Of a stretch of DNA of 64,000 nt, positions 25,951 through 36,860 are shown piece by piece; the stretch's first letter is position 1; every line of letters starts with the position of its first letter. The notes below the pieces were generated by a model. That model ran no database searches, was not told where the DNA came from, and saw only the letters and a list, made by a program, of their open reading frames with translations. Made by a program: the position numbers and the translations under genes. The stretch spans positions 101,060,001 through 101,124,000 of the forward strand of contig NC_043000.1 in assembly GCF_006345805.1 (NCBI RefSeq), written 5' to 3'. The DNA comes from Octopus sinensis. Taxonomy: Eukaryota.

Positions 25951-26817
25951 AAAAGACAATAAGAGAAGAATGAGAATAAAAGACACACACATACATACGC
26001 ACATACTGTGACAGAGAAAGAGAGAAATGACAGATAAAGAAGTAAAAAGGTATGGCAACCACAAAGAAAATGAATTAAAAAGAAAACAAAAAAAAAAGGA
26101 AACCCTACCACATTTCCAAAAACAGTGACTAAACCAATAAAGAAAACCTATTAAAAAAAAATGCAAAAAAAATACATAAGATTATAAATATTATACAAAA
26201 ATTACAATAAAATATAGCAGAGAACCAAAATATTTTGATTTTTCCAGAATATCGTCTGCTTTTTAAGTACTGTTTTCTTTATTTTTAAAGTTGTATATTT
26301 TTGTATGGTTTTTGAAAGAAGTGGGGAAAATATTGCAATGCTGAGTCTTTGGAATAAGCAGCTGTTTTAATTCCATTTTGATTAACAAAGAAAGCTACAC
26401 AGATGAATTGCATACGGAATCATTAAAAAAGAAAGAAATTGATGTGGTTTTGAATACAACGACATTTATATTGCTCACTTCTATGTCATAATTTCTTCCT
26501 TCTTCCTCTTCTTCCTTGTCTTACACTCTTTCCCTCTCTACCCCTCTCGTTCTCTTTTTATGCTTCTATGTTTAGCTGGTCTCTGTGCAACAGATATGTC
26601 TGATATAGAAGTAGAGAGGAAAAACTTGTAACATTGTCAAAGGATTTGAACACTGTGCCTACCATAAATCATGTAACCGTGTGAAACAGTAGACCAAAAT
26701 GAAATCATAACTTTAACAATCCCAGTTAGATGACAACCAGATTAGCTCAGACAAAACACCAATAGACAAATAAATAGATTGCCAGTCCAGACAATGTCAA
26801 GGTATGGTATTATATAC

Positions 26818-26874
<57 letters not shown>

Positions 26875-26879
26875 TAGAT

Positions 26880-26922
<43 letters not shown>

Positions 26923-26929
26923 GAGAGAG

Positions 26930-27060
26930 ATGTCTCTTTATTAGCCATTTAGGGATGAACACAGAGGGGACAAATTACAAATTAGAGCTTTTCTTTTTGG
27001 AGAGAAAAAATAGGGGGGCTAGGTTTTCGATCACAGAAAAAATGATCGCAGAAAAAAAGA
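26930..27060 (-). mobile_element. Tx1/L1-like extreme 3' end embedded in (GATA)n
   Basis: TCTTTATTAGCC ... GACAAATTACAA..AGAGCTTTTCTTTT ... GGTTTTCGATC matches 24015-24120. Confidence 0.65.
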
Positions 27061-27081
27061 TAGATAGATAGATAGATAATC

Positions 27082-27116
<35 letters not shown>

Positions 27117-27299
27117 TAGATAGATAGATATAAAAGAAACAAGTTAAAAATATTGGTCATTACATATAATTCCTTTATTTGAGCAAATTTAGCTTACAGG
27201 TGTTTCCAGTAATCACTATAGGTACATTACTAAGTTTACTCAATTGGTCTATTGCTCAACTGTGGCAAATTGAATGACCTAAGAAAATTAATGCTACTT

Positions 27300-27520
27300 T
27301 CATCAGAGCCAAACACAGACACAGACACACAAACATATATACATATACATATATACGACAAGATTCTTTTCAGTTTCCGTCTACCAAATCCACTCACAAG
27401 GCTTTGGTCGACCCGAGGTTATAGTAGAAGACATTTGCGCAAGGTGCCATGCAGTGGGACTGAACCCAGAACCATGTGGCTGGTAAGCATGTTACTTACT
27501 ACACAGCCACTCCTGCATGT
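27300..27520 (-). mobile_element. SINE family A, 5' half
   Basis: TTTCAGTTTCCGTCTACCAAATCCACTCACAAGGCTTTGGTCG ... CCACACAGCCACTCCTGC. Confidence 0.8.
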
Positions 27521-27830
27521 GCAGATTTGTATGTTTTGTTTTATGTAGGTATTCTCATGCAAGTAGTTACATGTTTAGACATGTACATATACACTTAAAT
27601 GTATGTATGTATGTATGTATGTGTGTATGTATGTATGCATGTATGTATGTATGTATGTTTGTATGTATGTATGTATGTATGTATGTATGTGTAGTACATT
27701 TTTTGTATACAAACAGTGGTATGGGTGCTACTGTTAAGTGTAAAGCTCCATGTAGATAATCATAGTCCAGTCTGCTACTAGTACACTGGTTAAGCAACTA
27801 CTATACTTAGTTGTATTACTAATTATGAAA

Positions 27831-28055
27831 TACAAAGCAAGTGCTGAAAAGTTCCTGACTTTGGGTAAAAGAAAATACAGGAGGATCAGCAGTTAATTGT
27901 TATTTTATTCAACATATTCTCCTCTCAGATTCACACACTTATTGTAGTGGTCCTGCAGTTTTCCTAAGCCCTGTAAAAGAAATCAGAAGGTTGGGCTTCC
28001 AACAAATCCTTTTGTGATACCCTTAAAGCCAGGAACTTTTTTAGCAGCCCTTGTA
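27831..28055. mobile_element. Mariner-like MITE with TA ends
   Basis: Imperfect TIRs TACAAAGCAAGTGCTGAAAAGTTCCTGACTTT and AAAGCCAGGAACTTTTTTAGCAGCCCTTGTA. Confidence 0.7.
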
Positions 28056-28283
28056 CAGAGCAAATGTAGGAGAAATTATGATAAATGCAAGTTAAAAAAT
28101 TATTTATTTCCTATAGATATATCACTATTATAGTTACTTGGAACCCTGCATTGGTTGTTCCAGGTGCATTTGGATGCTTAACCAGAAAGAATCCCCAATG
28201 AACATTTTATTGCATTAAGTCACCTTAAGTTAGTATGGAGAATGAATACATATATACATACATACATACATACATGCATACAA

Positions 28284-28655
28284 AAATACCCTGTTGATGT
28301 TATTGAAATTCTAATGAAGGAGCCTTGGATCTAGGTTAGAAACTGGGTCATTCTCTATTGGCAAGAAATCTTGAAATATAACCGAATAGTGACATACATA
28401 CATACATAATACATACATACATTCAAAAATACCCTGTTGATGTTATTGAAATTCTAATGAAGGAGCCTAGGTTAGAAACTGGGTCATTCTCTATTGGCAA
28501 GAAATCGTGAAATATAACCGAATAGTGACATACATACATACATAATATATACATACATTCAAAAATACCCTGTTGATGTTATTGAAATTCTAATTTCTAG
28601 GTTAGAAACTGGGTCATTCTCTATTGGCAAGAAATCTTGAAATAAAACTTATTAA
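28284..28655 (+). repeat. Tandem triplication of a ~130-bp dispersed-repeat unit
   Basis: AAAAATACCCTGTTGATGTTATTGAAATTCTAAT ... GGTTAGAAACTGGGTCATTCTCTATTGGCAAGAAATC x3, separated by (CATA)n; single related copy at 29375-29485. Confidence 0.85.
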
Positions 28656-28769
28656 TGACATACATACATACATGCATGCATGCTTGCATACATACATACA
28701 TACATACATACATACATACATACATACATACATACATACATGTACATAATTGTAAACAAATCAAACAAA

Positions 28770-29250
28770 TCAAAATCGATGACATGGCCGCCTGATTGGT
28801 ATGTGTGCCAGTGGAACCTTATAAGAAGCATATCCAAGCGTGACCGTTGCCAGGGCCACAGATCAGCACCTGAGCTGGTAACACATGAAAAGCACCATTC
28901 AAGCGTGATCGTTGCCAGCATTGCCTTACCGACACATGTGCCACTAGCAACATTTGAGTGTGGTTGTTGCCAGTGCCGCTGAACTGGCACCCGTGCAGGT
29001 AGCACGTAAGAACACCTTTTAAGCGTGGTTGTTGCCAGAGCCGCCTGACTAGCCCTTGTGCCGGTGGCATGTACAAAGCACCAACTATACTCTAGGAGTG
29101 GTTGGCATTAGGAAGGGCATCCAACTGTAGAAACTTTGCCAGATCAGATTGAGCTTGGTGCAGCCTCTGGTTCACCAGTCTTCAGTCAAACCATCCAACC
29201 ATGCCAGCATGGAAAGCGGATGTTAAATGATGATGATGATGATGATGATA
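28770..29250 (+). mobile_element. Long family C element with diverged internal repeats
   Basis: Repeated AGCGTG(G/A)..GTTGCCAG units leading into the family C tail and (GAT)n. Confidence 0.75.
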
Positions 29251-29641
29251 CACTTAAGTATATATGCACATGTCCAGACATGCAACTATAATAGATGAGA
29301 ATGCATACATAAAACAAAAAAATGCAAATCTACATATGGACTGACTCCAAATATTGCACATATGAACATATAGATGCCAAAATACCCTGTTGAGGTTGTT
29401 GAAATTCCAATGAAGGAGCCTTGGATCTAGGTTAGAAACTAGCTCTTTCTCTATTGGCAAATAGTCTAGAAATAAAATTGAACAATCACACATACAAACA
29501 CACATGCACACACCACACACACACAGCTGAATTCAGGTTGTGCATGTATACAGACATGTATGCAAATCCGTTTATCCAATTTACTTGAGCTCCCAGCAAT
29601 AATCTACTAATATAATATTGAGCATAGTGTTTTTATATATT

Positions 29642-29696
<55 letters not shown>

Positions 29697-30033
29697 AAAA
29701 ATCACAGAGTAGGAGTGAGACATAGTAGGTGAAAGATTAGTATAGGTGAAGGGAGAGGAGAGAAAATAATAATTCAGTGAAGGAGAAGTAATGAGAGTAA
29801 TAGCTCTGACTGAGAGAAAGTGAAAGAAAGGAATAGCAATGAGAGAAAGGAAGTGGCAAAAAGCGCATTGTGTATCCTCTGTTTTTCTCCATCATAACAT
29901 ATGAATAAAAAAGGAAGAGGTGATAGATAAATAATGGAAGAAGTGGGGAAAAAAAATCAGTGTTGCAGCTCTGTGTGAGTATGTGTGTGCGTGTATGTAA
30001 AAAGGAGCTATGTGAATGTGTGTGTGTGTGTGC

Positions 30034-30073
<40 letters not shown>

Positions 30074-30664
30074 GTGTGTGTGTGTGTGTGCACGCACACA
30101 ATGGAAATGGGTTGGTGAACGTTCCACTCTGAAAAGAAAAATCAAACAGCATTTCAACTCTCTGTGAGTATATGTGTGTATGCATGTGCATGTACAAGAT
30201 AGGTATGTGAATGTTTGTATCTGTGATTATAATGTACCTTGTTTTATACCTTATTTATATATTTAAAACACTACAATTAGCTGTCATTATTGATGGCACA
30301 AAGTCAGCTAGTGAGTTCATAAGCTCTGTCATTGTTGCTGATAAAATGAGTTGCTGATAAAATGTCAATACAAGGACTGAATCTAGTACCCCTGATCTAC
30401 CTTTATTTTCTCTATAAGCACATCATATTTTAAAATATTATAAGATATTCACATCTGTCTATATATATAGTATTGGTCAAAAATCAATTGATATATTCCG
30501 TACTGCAGTATTGCATTTAAGCAAGATAATGTTCATGTGGGTAGTAATTCTGGGCAGGAACTGACCAACCCATGATGACCTGTGCATGACGACAATGATG
30601 ATGGCAAAAAACAAACACACAAAATGATGTCAGCAATGGTATTTACTCAACGGTATGTCCCCAT

Positions 30665-30890
30665 TAAGGCAGCGAGCTGGCAGAAACGTTAGCAAGCCGG
30701 GCGAAATGCCTAGCGGTATTTCGTCTGCCGTTACATTGTGAGTTCAAATTCCGCCGCGGTTGACTTTGCCTTTCATCCTTTCGGGGTTGATTAAATAAGT
30801 ACCAGTTACGCACTGGGGTTGATGTAATCGACTTAATACTTGTTTGTCCCCTCTATGTTTAGCCCCTTGTGGGTAATAAAGAAATAGGTA
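30665..30890 (+). mobile_element. SINE family B, monomer
   Basis: GGCAGCGAGCTGGCAGAAACGTTAGC ... GAGTTCAAATTCC ... GACTTTGCCTTTCATCCTTTCGGGG ... TAAAGAAATAGG. Confidence 0.85.
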
Positions 30891-30934
30891 TGTCCCCATT
30901 AAGAAAAGGGACAGAAAAATATTGAATTATATAT

Positions 30935-31125
30935 TCTTTTATTTGTTTCAGTCATTTGACTGTGGCCATGCTGGAGCACTGCCTTTAGTTGAACAAATCG
31001 ACTCCAGGACTTATCCTTTGTAAGCCTAGTACTTATTCTATTGGTCTCTTTTGTCAAACCACTAAGTTATGGGGATGTAAACACACCAACATCAGTTGTC
31101 AAGCAATGGTGGAGAGGCGCACATA
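30935..31125 (-). mobile_element. SINE family A, 3' half
   Basis: TTGTTTCAGTCATTTGACTGTGGCCATGCTGGAGCAC ... AAACACACCAAC. Confidence 0.8.
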
Positions 31126-31172
31126 TATATGTGTGTGTGTGTGTGTATGTGTGTGCATGTACATACATAAAG

Positions 31173-31239
<67 letters not shown>

Positions 31240-31251
31240 TATAATATATAT

Positions 31252-31284
<33 letters not shown>

Positions 31285-31289
31285 TAATA

Positions 31290-31690
31290 TTCTATAATTA
31301 TTAACATAATTATAATTAGAGGTCAGCTAATTGCTTCACCACATACCGAATTTAGAAATAGGAGTTAAAAATTCCTTTTCTACTCATGTAAGAATCTCCA
31401 CGACCGTAACACACTTTTTTACGTAGGCAAAAAGAAAAACAACGAATCAACACAACTCCAATAACCAAATACCCGTTTCGAGATTAAAGTGTTTTAATTA
31501 CTTACTTCTCTCTTCAGTGTAGCATTTCCAATTATAAAATTTTAAGGTGCCAGGGTTGAATATGCATATGATCGAGCGACATTGTGTAACAGATATCTAA
31601 CCAACACTTCCAAAATTTACACAACCAAATATGAATACACTATTAATTTGAAATTATATATTTATGTATATATATATTTAGGTTAGTTGA
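31290..31690 (-). mobile_element. (TA)n-embedded element carrying a hammerhead-like motif
   Basis: Non-repetitive, CpG-retaining ~400 bp between two long (TA)n arrays; contains 31465-31522. Confidence 0.5.
31465..31522 (-). ncRNA. Minimal type I hammerhead-ribozyme-like motif with canonical core
   Basis: Minus strand: CTACA CTGAAGA GAGA-(23 nt)-TCTC GAAAC GG GTA TTTGG. Stem II is GAGA/TCTC; stem I is 4/5 paired. Confidence 0.55.
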
Positions 31691-31744
31691 AATATGTTTG
31701 TCACATACTTTAATTGCTTAAAGCATATATATATATATTAAAGA

Positions 31745-31775
<31 letters not shown>

Positions 31776-32033
31776 TTATATATATATATATATATATATA
31801 TACGTATGTGTATGTATATATATAAATGTATGTGTGCATGTATTCATCTACCACTGACATATTTCTATGTATTTCCCACTTTACATCTATAAGAGATGCT
31901 TTCTGGAGAAGAATACTGCATTTTAGTCAGGTTTTCAACAAAGTATATACTCTAAGTATGATACACAGATTAATATATATATACATACATATATATGTAT
32001 ATATATGTATGTATATATATATATATATATGTG

Positions 32034-32068
<35 letters not shown>

Positions 32069-32084
32069 GTATGTATATTATATA

Positions 32085-32134
<50 letters not shown>

Positions 32135-32218
32135 ATATATGTATATATATATATATATGTATATATATGTATATGTATAAATATATTATTGTGTTAATGC
32201 ACAATATATGGATTTAAC

Positions 32219-32261
32219 TAATCTGGTGGTACTCATAATTTTTATGAGTACCACCAGATTA
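32219..32261. repeat. Perfect 20-bp hairpin
   Basis: TAATCTGGTGGTACTCATAA-TTT-TTATGAGTACCACCAGATTA. Confidence 0.95.
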
Positions 32262-32353
32262 AGCTCCTCTAATGGATCCGGCTATAAACTACATAGTAAA
32301 CCAAAACAAAGAGATGTAATGCATAGACCTCTCTCTCTTTGTATTTTATTTAC

Positions 32354-32391
<38 letters not shown>

Positions 32392-32393
<2 letters not shown>

Positions 32394-32545
32394 CATCATC
32401 ATCATCATCATCATCATTTAGCGTCCGTTTTCCATGCTAGCATGGGTTGGACGGTTCAACTGGGGTCTGTGAAGCTGGAAGGCTTCATCAGGCCCAGTCA
32501 GATCTGGCAGTGTTTCTACAGCTGGATGCCCTTCCTAACGCCATA
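32392..32545 (-). mobile_element. Family C tail
   Basis: (CAT)n-TTTAGCGTCCGTTTTCCATGCTAGCATGGGTTGGACGG ... GGATGCCCTTCCTAACGCC. Confidence 0.85.
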
Positions 32546-32589
32546 TATAATACATATATATATATATATATATTATATTGTATATATAT

Positions 32590-32790
32590 ATAGGGAGAGT
32601 TTATGAAAAAAACAAAAGACGAAGACAGGTGGTGTACAAAACAAACATATATTAGTATAACGCTCAGGAATAGAAAAAGACTTTTACGTTTCAAGCCTAT
32701 GCTCTTCTACAGAAAGGAACACCGAAAAAACAAGGAGAGAATCAAGGAGAGAAAATAATGTGTGTAGTGGCTAACGATATATCATTATAT
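32590..32790 (-). mobile_element. Short (TA)n-flanked element with hammerhead-like motif
   Basis: Homologous to 10425-10630 and 45570-45780; (TA)n on both sides. Confidence 0.7.
32681..32716 (-). ncRNA. Minimal hammerhead-like motif, CUGU core variant
   Basis: Minus strand: CTTT CTGTAGA A GAGC ATAG GCTT GAAACGTA AAAG. Stem I is CTTT/AAAG; stem III is the palindrome ACGT. Confidence 0.55.
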
Positions 32791-33934
32791 ATATATAATA
32801 TATATATATAATATGCAATTTTAAGATCCACAGATCCAAGTGTTGAAAGTTAGTAAGCTTTGAGCAGTGCACAGTAGGTATAAAAAGCTAACTTTCAGGA
32901 AAAGTACTAGTTTATTGATGTTGAAGGTTGTAGGTTTTTTTTCTATATCGAAGTTCAGTAAGCTAAAAAAAGTTATTTTATAGTTCATGGTCAGCAAAAT
33001 GGCTTGGTATGAATGCAAATAAAAATCTGAATTGAGGGAACAAATATGTATGTGTTAATCATTGCCTAATTTGAATCTTTTCTTGTCTAGTGCCTTGGAT
33101 TCGACTTGAACACTTCTACACTATCTATGTTTTTCGAAAGAAAATTATAATTATATATATCATATATATATATACATGCATACACACAGACACACATACA
33201 CACACATGTATATGTATATGGGAGAAAGAAACATAACTAAAAATATTCAAAGAACACTTAAAAACATGATGTGGACTTTTAAATGTTTGTGTAGGCAGAT
33301 TGACTAATAAGTACATTACTTCAAGTTTCACAAGTACTGATCTTGCAGATGCTTAATTCCAAGTGACTAGGCCTCCTAATACTTAGGCATGTTTTGTTTC
33401 ATTTGCATCTGTGTAGTTTCAAGCAGTGCATGATAAGTTAATCTGAAAATACAAATACACATATAAGTATGAGTGTGTGTGTTTGTATTTTTGTGTGAGT
33501 ATAATACAGGTGCTCTTAGGCATAGAAGTAAGGTATCGGCTAATCATAAAAAAAAGGGGGCTTGATACATATGAACATACGGTGTAGTAAATCTTTACTT
33601 TGTTTTCAAGAGTTACTAAGAACTTGTCAGATGTTTCATGTGTAAAACCATTTCCTGAATCTGTGGGGAATCCTCTACTCAATATGAATTTTGAAACTTA
33701 GAATTCATACACTAAAGATTTCTGTTTGGTATTTTATTTATCTCCAGAGAGAAAACATTCTGCCAGCTGTTAATAACTCTTGAAATACAACTGTGTATAT
33801 AAACCCCACCGCACTTACATATGTGTTTATAATTATATAAAAGTATGTGTATTTAGATGCATAAGTATATATGTATGTGTCAAAATATATATGTATATAA
33901 ATGCATATATATATTGTATGCATGAATACACATT

Positions 33935-33971
<37 letters not shown>

Positions 33972-34046
33972 ACATACATACATACATATGAACATCCACA
34001 CAGAGATATATATACTATTTTATTGAAGCTGAAAAAGACATCACAA

Positions 34047-34086
34047 ACTATTACTCTGAGTTTCTCGTAACTGTTCATTAGATTGT
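34047..34086 (-). ncRNA. Degenerate hammerhead-like motif (third sequence type)
   Basis: Minus strand: ACAAT CTAATGA ACAGTTACGA GAA ACTC A GAGT A ATAGT. Core has G5->A and stem II is decayed. Confidence 0.35.
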
Positions 34087-35178
34087 TGTGTGAATTCAGA
34101 ATAATAAACTTTATACACACACATGCACACATATATGGAGAGAAAAAGTGTATTTCTATGCAAGGAAAAATGTAAGAGAATTTGTTTTGAGGTTTGAAAA
34201 TGCACTTGAATCTCAAAACATGTAGTTGTCTTTAAATTTTGTAATAAATTTATTCAAATACCAAACCGGTTTTAACAATTTTTTGATTATTGATGGTAAC
34301 AATAAATAAAAGGTTCAGAAGAGTTCAAAGTTACAAAGTAAAATTCAGAAAAAAATTGTTTAAACATTCAAATGTTCACATAAATTTCAATGAGTTTCAC
34401 AGAGATAGACAGCAATATAAGTTTAAATGTTCAATGCAGATCATAACAAATATACATGACTGAAAGTTCAGTCATATTCAGTTTCTCGAAAATAAAAATT
34501 AATAAAAACAGGAGAGAAAGAGCAAATTCTGTCATAATGGAGTTTTCCTCCATTTCAGTACATAGTTCATGAAGTTCATTATGTTGATCACTTGTTAGAG
34601 TTTGAGATGTTATAAGTAGTAATTGTTTAGTGTGTATGTGTTTTTATGGTAAAGGATCAAGTTTTGATTGATTGCAAATTTGATGATGTCTTTTGTTTTT
34701 CTTGTGGGTGTTTTGGTTTGTAAACATTTTTGTTTTGACAAAGTCCAGCATTCTGGTTGGTTGACTTCCTGGTGACATCATTTGTTTGTCAAATGTTTTC
34801 ATTCCTTATCAACCAAGGTAAAGGATCAAGTTCTGATTAGTTATGAGTTTAGTGACATCATTTGTTTTGTCAAAATATTTTCATTTGGGTCAAAATATAT
34901 TTGTTTTGGCAAAGTTCAGCATTCTGGTTGGTTGAATTCTTGGTGAGGATTTGGTAATCTACATTTCGCTAATGGTCATCTAGTGTTTTGTTTGGTTTCT
35001 TAAGTAACCACAGCTTTGGTTGACTGAGAGTTTGAGAAGGTTGAGTTATAGATTGGAGTTAGGGTTTCAAATCCACAAGAAAGCCTGTTACTTAAACTTT
35101 TCCATTTATATCTGTTGCTTCTGGTAATTTTTTTGTGAATAAATTAGGTTTTCTCTTACTGGTGTGTTATTATAGGAT

Positions 35179-35520
35179 ATTTAGTTGTGGTTTATACTTT
35201 CTAATAAAGGTATTTTCCTTCTTTAATTGGAATTGGGTTGAAGTGTTTCCAGTGCATTTGTTGAGAGAGACAATCATCTAAATGTTTACTTATAGGAATT
35301 ATGGGATCCCAGATCTGTTACCTGTGTACTGACAGGCTATCCCTCAAGGTCAAGCTTGTTTGACCTATGTAGTCACCATCACACCTGTCACATTTGAGAA
35401 CATAAACTAAGTTCTTTGATGCAAAGGTGAAATGGTTTTTTTATAGTGAATATTTGACTTGACTTAATTTCATTAAAAAAAAATCAGGGATCTACCATAC
35501 TCTGAACATCTTGCTGGGCA
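35179..35520 (-). mobile_element. Penelope-like element GIY-YIG endonuclease remnant
   Basis: Manual minus translation: SKNLVYVLKCDRCDGDYIGQTSLTLRDSLSVHR*QIWDP..SKHLDDC, then QLKKENTFIRKYKPQLN; contains a stop and a frameshift. Confidence 0.8.
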
Positions 35521-35639
35521 TGGATAAATTAAGGTTCCAACATCTGGCAACTGAGTTGGTGGACACCCACAAGATTATCCCCAATCTTTCCAACCACTTT
35601 TTCTATGTCCATCTTCCATCTTCTTCCGGTTATTCAAAA

Positions 35640-35851
35640 ATGTAACTACATGTGGATTGTTGGCGGTTTCTTTCCTTCGTCTTCCTTTTCTTTTGGACTT
35701 TCCTCTGTCTCATGTTTCTGAAGAGGAGCTTTGCTCGAAACATAAAACACACATCTTTTTACTTCCCTGAGCATTTTATTAATACTTTGCATGTGCCGTG
35801 TTCTCCTGTTGTTGTTTTTTCTTGTCTCTTTTCTCCGTTTTTCTTTGTTAA

Positions 35852-35860
<9 letters not shown>
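35640..35860 (+). mobile_element. Short element with hammerhead-like motif, ending at (TA)n
   Basis: Shares TTCCTCTGTCT..ATGTTTC.GA.GA.GAGC..GCTC.AAAC.T.AAAC ... CCTGAGCAT...TAATAC ... TTGTTGT with 49470-49690. Confidence 0.7.
35713..35749 (+). ncRNA. Minimal type I hammerhead-ribozyme-like motif with canonical core
   Basis: TGTTT CTGAAGA G GAGC TTT GCTC GAAAC ATA AAACA. Stem I is 5 bp and stem II is 4 bp. Stem III reads ACAT, likely from ACGT by CpG decay. Confidence 0.6.
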
Positions 35861-35899
<39 letters not shown>

Positions 35900-36004
35900 C
35901 ACACAAGGAAGCACATAAATGCAAAACAAAATGAAAAAAAGTACTCAAATACCAAAGGTAGAGCACAATGCTTTTATTAAAGGTGGAAAATCTTCACAAA
36001 CTGA

Positions 36005-36105
36005 TACTGCGTGGCACTTTGAGCAAGTGTCATCTGCTATAGCCTCGGACTAACCAAAGCCTTGTGAGTGGATTTGGTAAACGGAAATTGAAAGAAGCCT
36101 GTTGT
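36005..36105 (+). mobile_element. SINE family A, 5' fragment
   Basis: CTGCGTGGCACTTTGAGCAAGTGTC ... GCCTTGTGAGTGGATTTGGTAAACGGAAA. Confidence 0.7.
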
Positions 36106-36120
36106 ATATAATATATATAT

Positions 36121-36383
36121 ATAAATTAGAAAAAACCACCTTTTATCAATTCAACAATGAAAAATTAAATTATATCATTTAGAAAAATTACATTTAGAAA
36201 GATTAAATATAAGATAAAACATATAACAATGATTAAGTAATGTGCAAAATAATAAATAAAACGTATATATTTGTTATATGTTTTATCTTATATTTAATCT
36301 TTCTATAATATGTTATTTTTCTAAATGGTATAATTTAATTTTTCATTATTGAATTGATAAAAGGTGGTTTTTTCCTAATTTAT
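36121..36383. mobile_element. AT-rich foldback MITE in (TA)n
   Basis: Arms of about 110 bp: AAATTAGAAAAAACCACCTTTTATCAATTCAA...CATATAACAA and TTGTTATATG...TTGAATTGATAAAAGGTGGTTTTTTCCTAATTT; spacer about 40 bp. Confidence 0.8.
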
Positions 36384-36827
36384 ATATATATATATATTGG
36401 TTGTATACTGTCAATTTAACGTGACAGTAGGGAATTACACCACCGCAGTTTAGCCCTAGGAGGCATCAACGCTTCCTGTCGGCTTCGACGCATTTTTTTT
36501 TCCTGTGTCCTTATATATTTACAAAGGGGAGACAAACACCCCCAGCAGCTAGACCTGCATCTAGAGACACGCATGTTTCAGGGTCTTTGCCCATCATTGG
36601 TCTAGAGTAGCAGAAACCTGCTAGCTGCAGATATTTGTCTCGACTTCGTTAATATATATATCTAATTTTCAGTGAAGTCTGATATTTCTATATATATATA
36701 TATTATATTTTGTGAAATTTGATTTATTATTTCTAAATTGAATTTTTCCCTGTAAATTTGGAATAATATTCCCTTATATTATTATTATTATATGTGTGTG
36801 TTTGTGTGGCTGTGTTTGTAACACCCC

Positions 36828-36860
<33 letters not shown>

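Noticed and set aside
32860-33020. Possible Penelope RT fragment (NFDIEKKPTT)
   Set aside because: The motif is too short and frameshifted to call; it is compatible with the surrounding PLE debris but not supportable alone.
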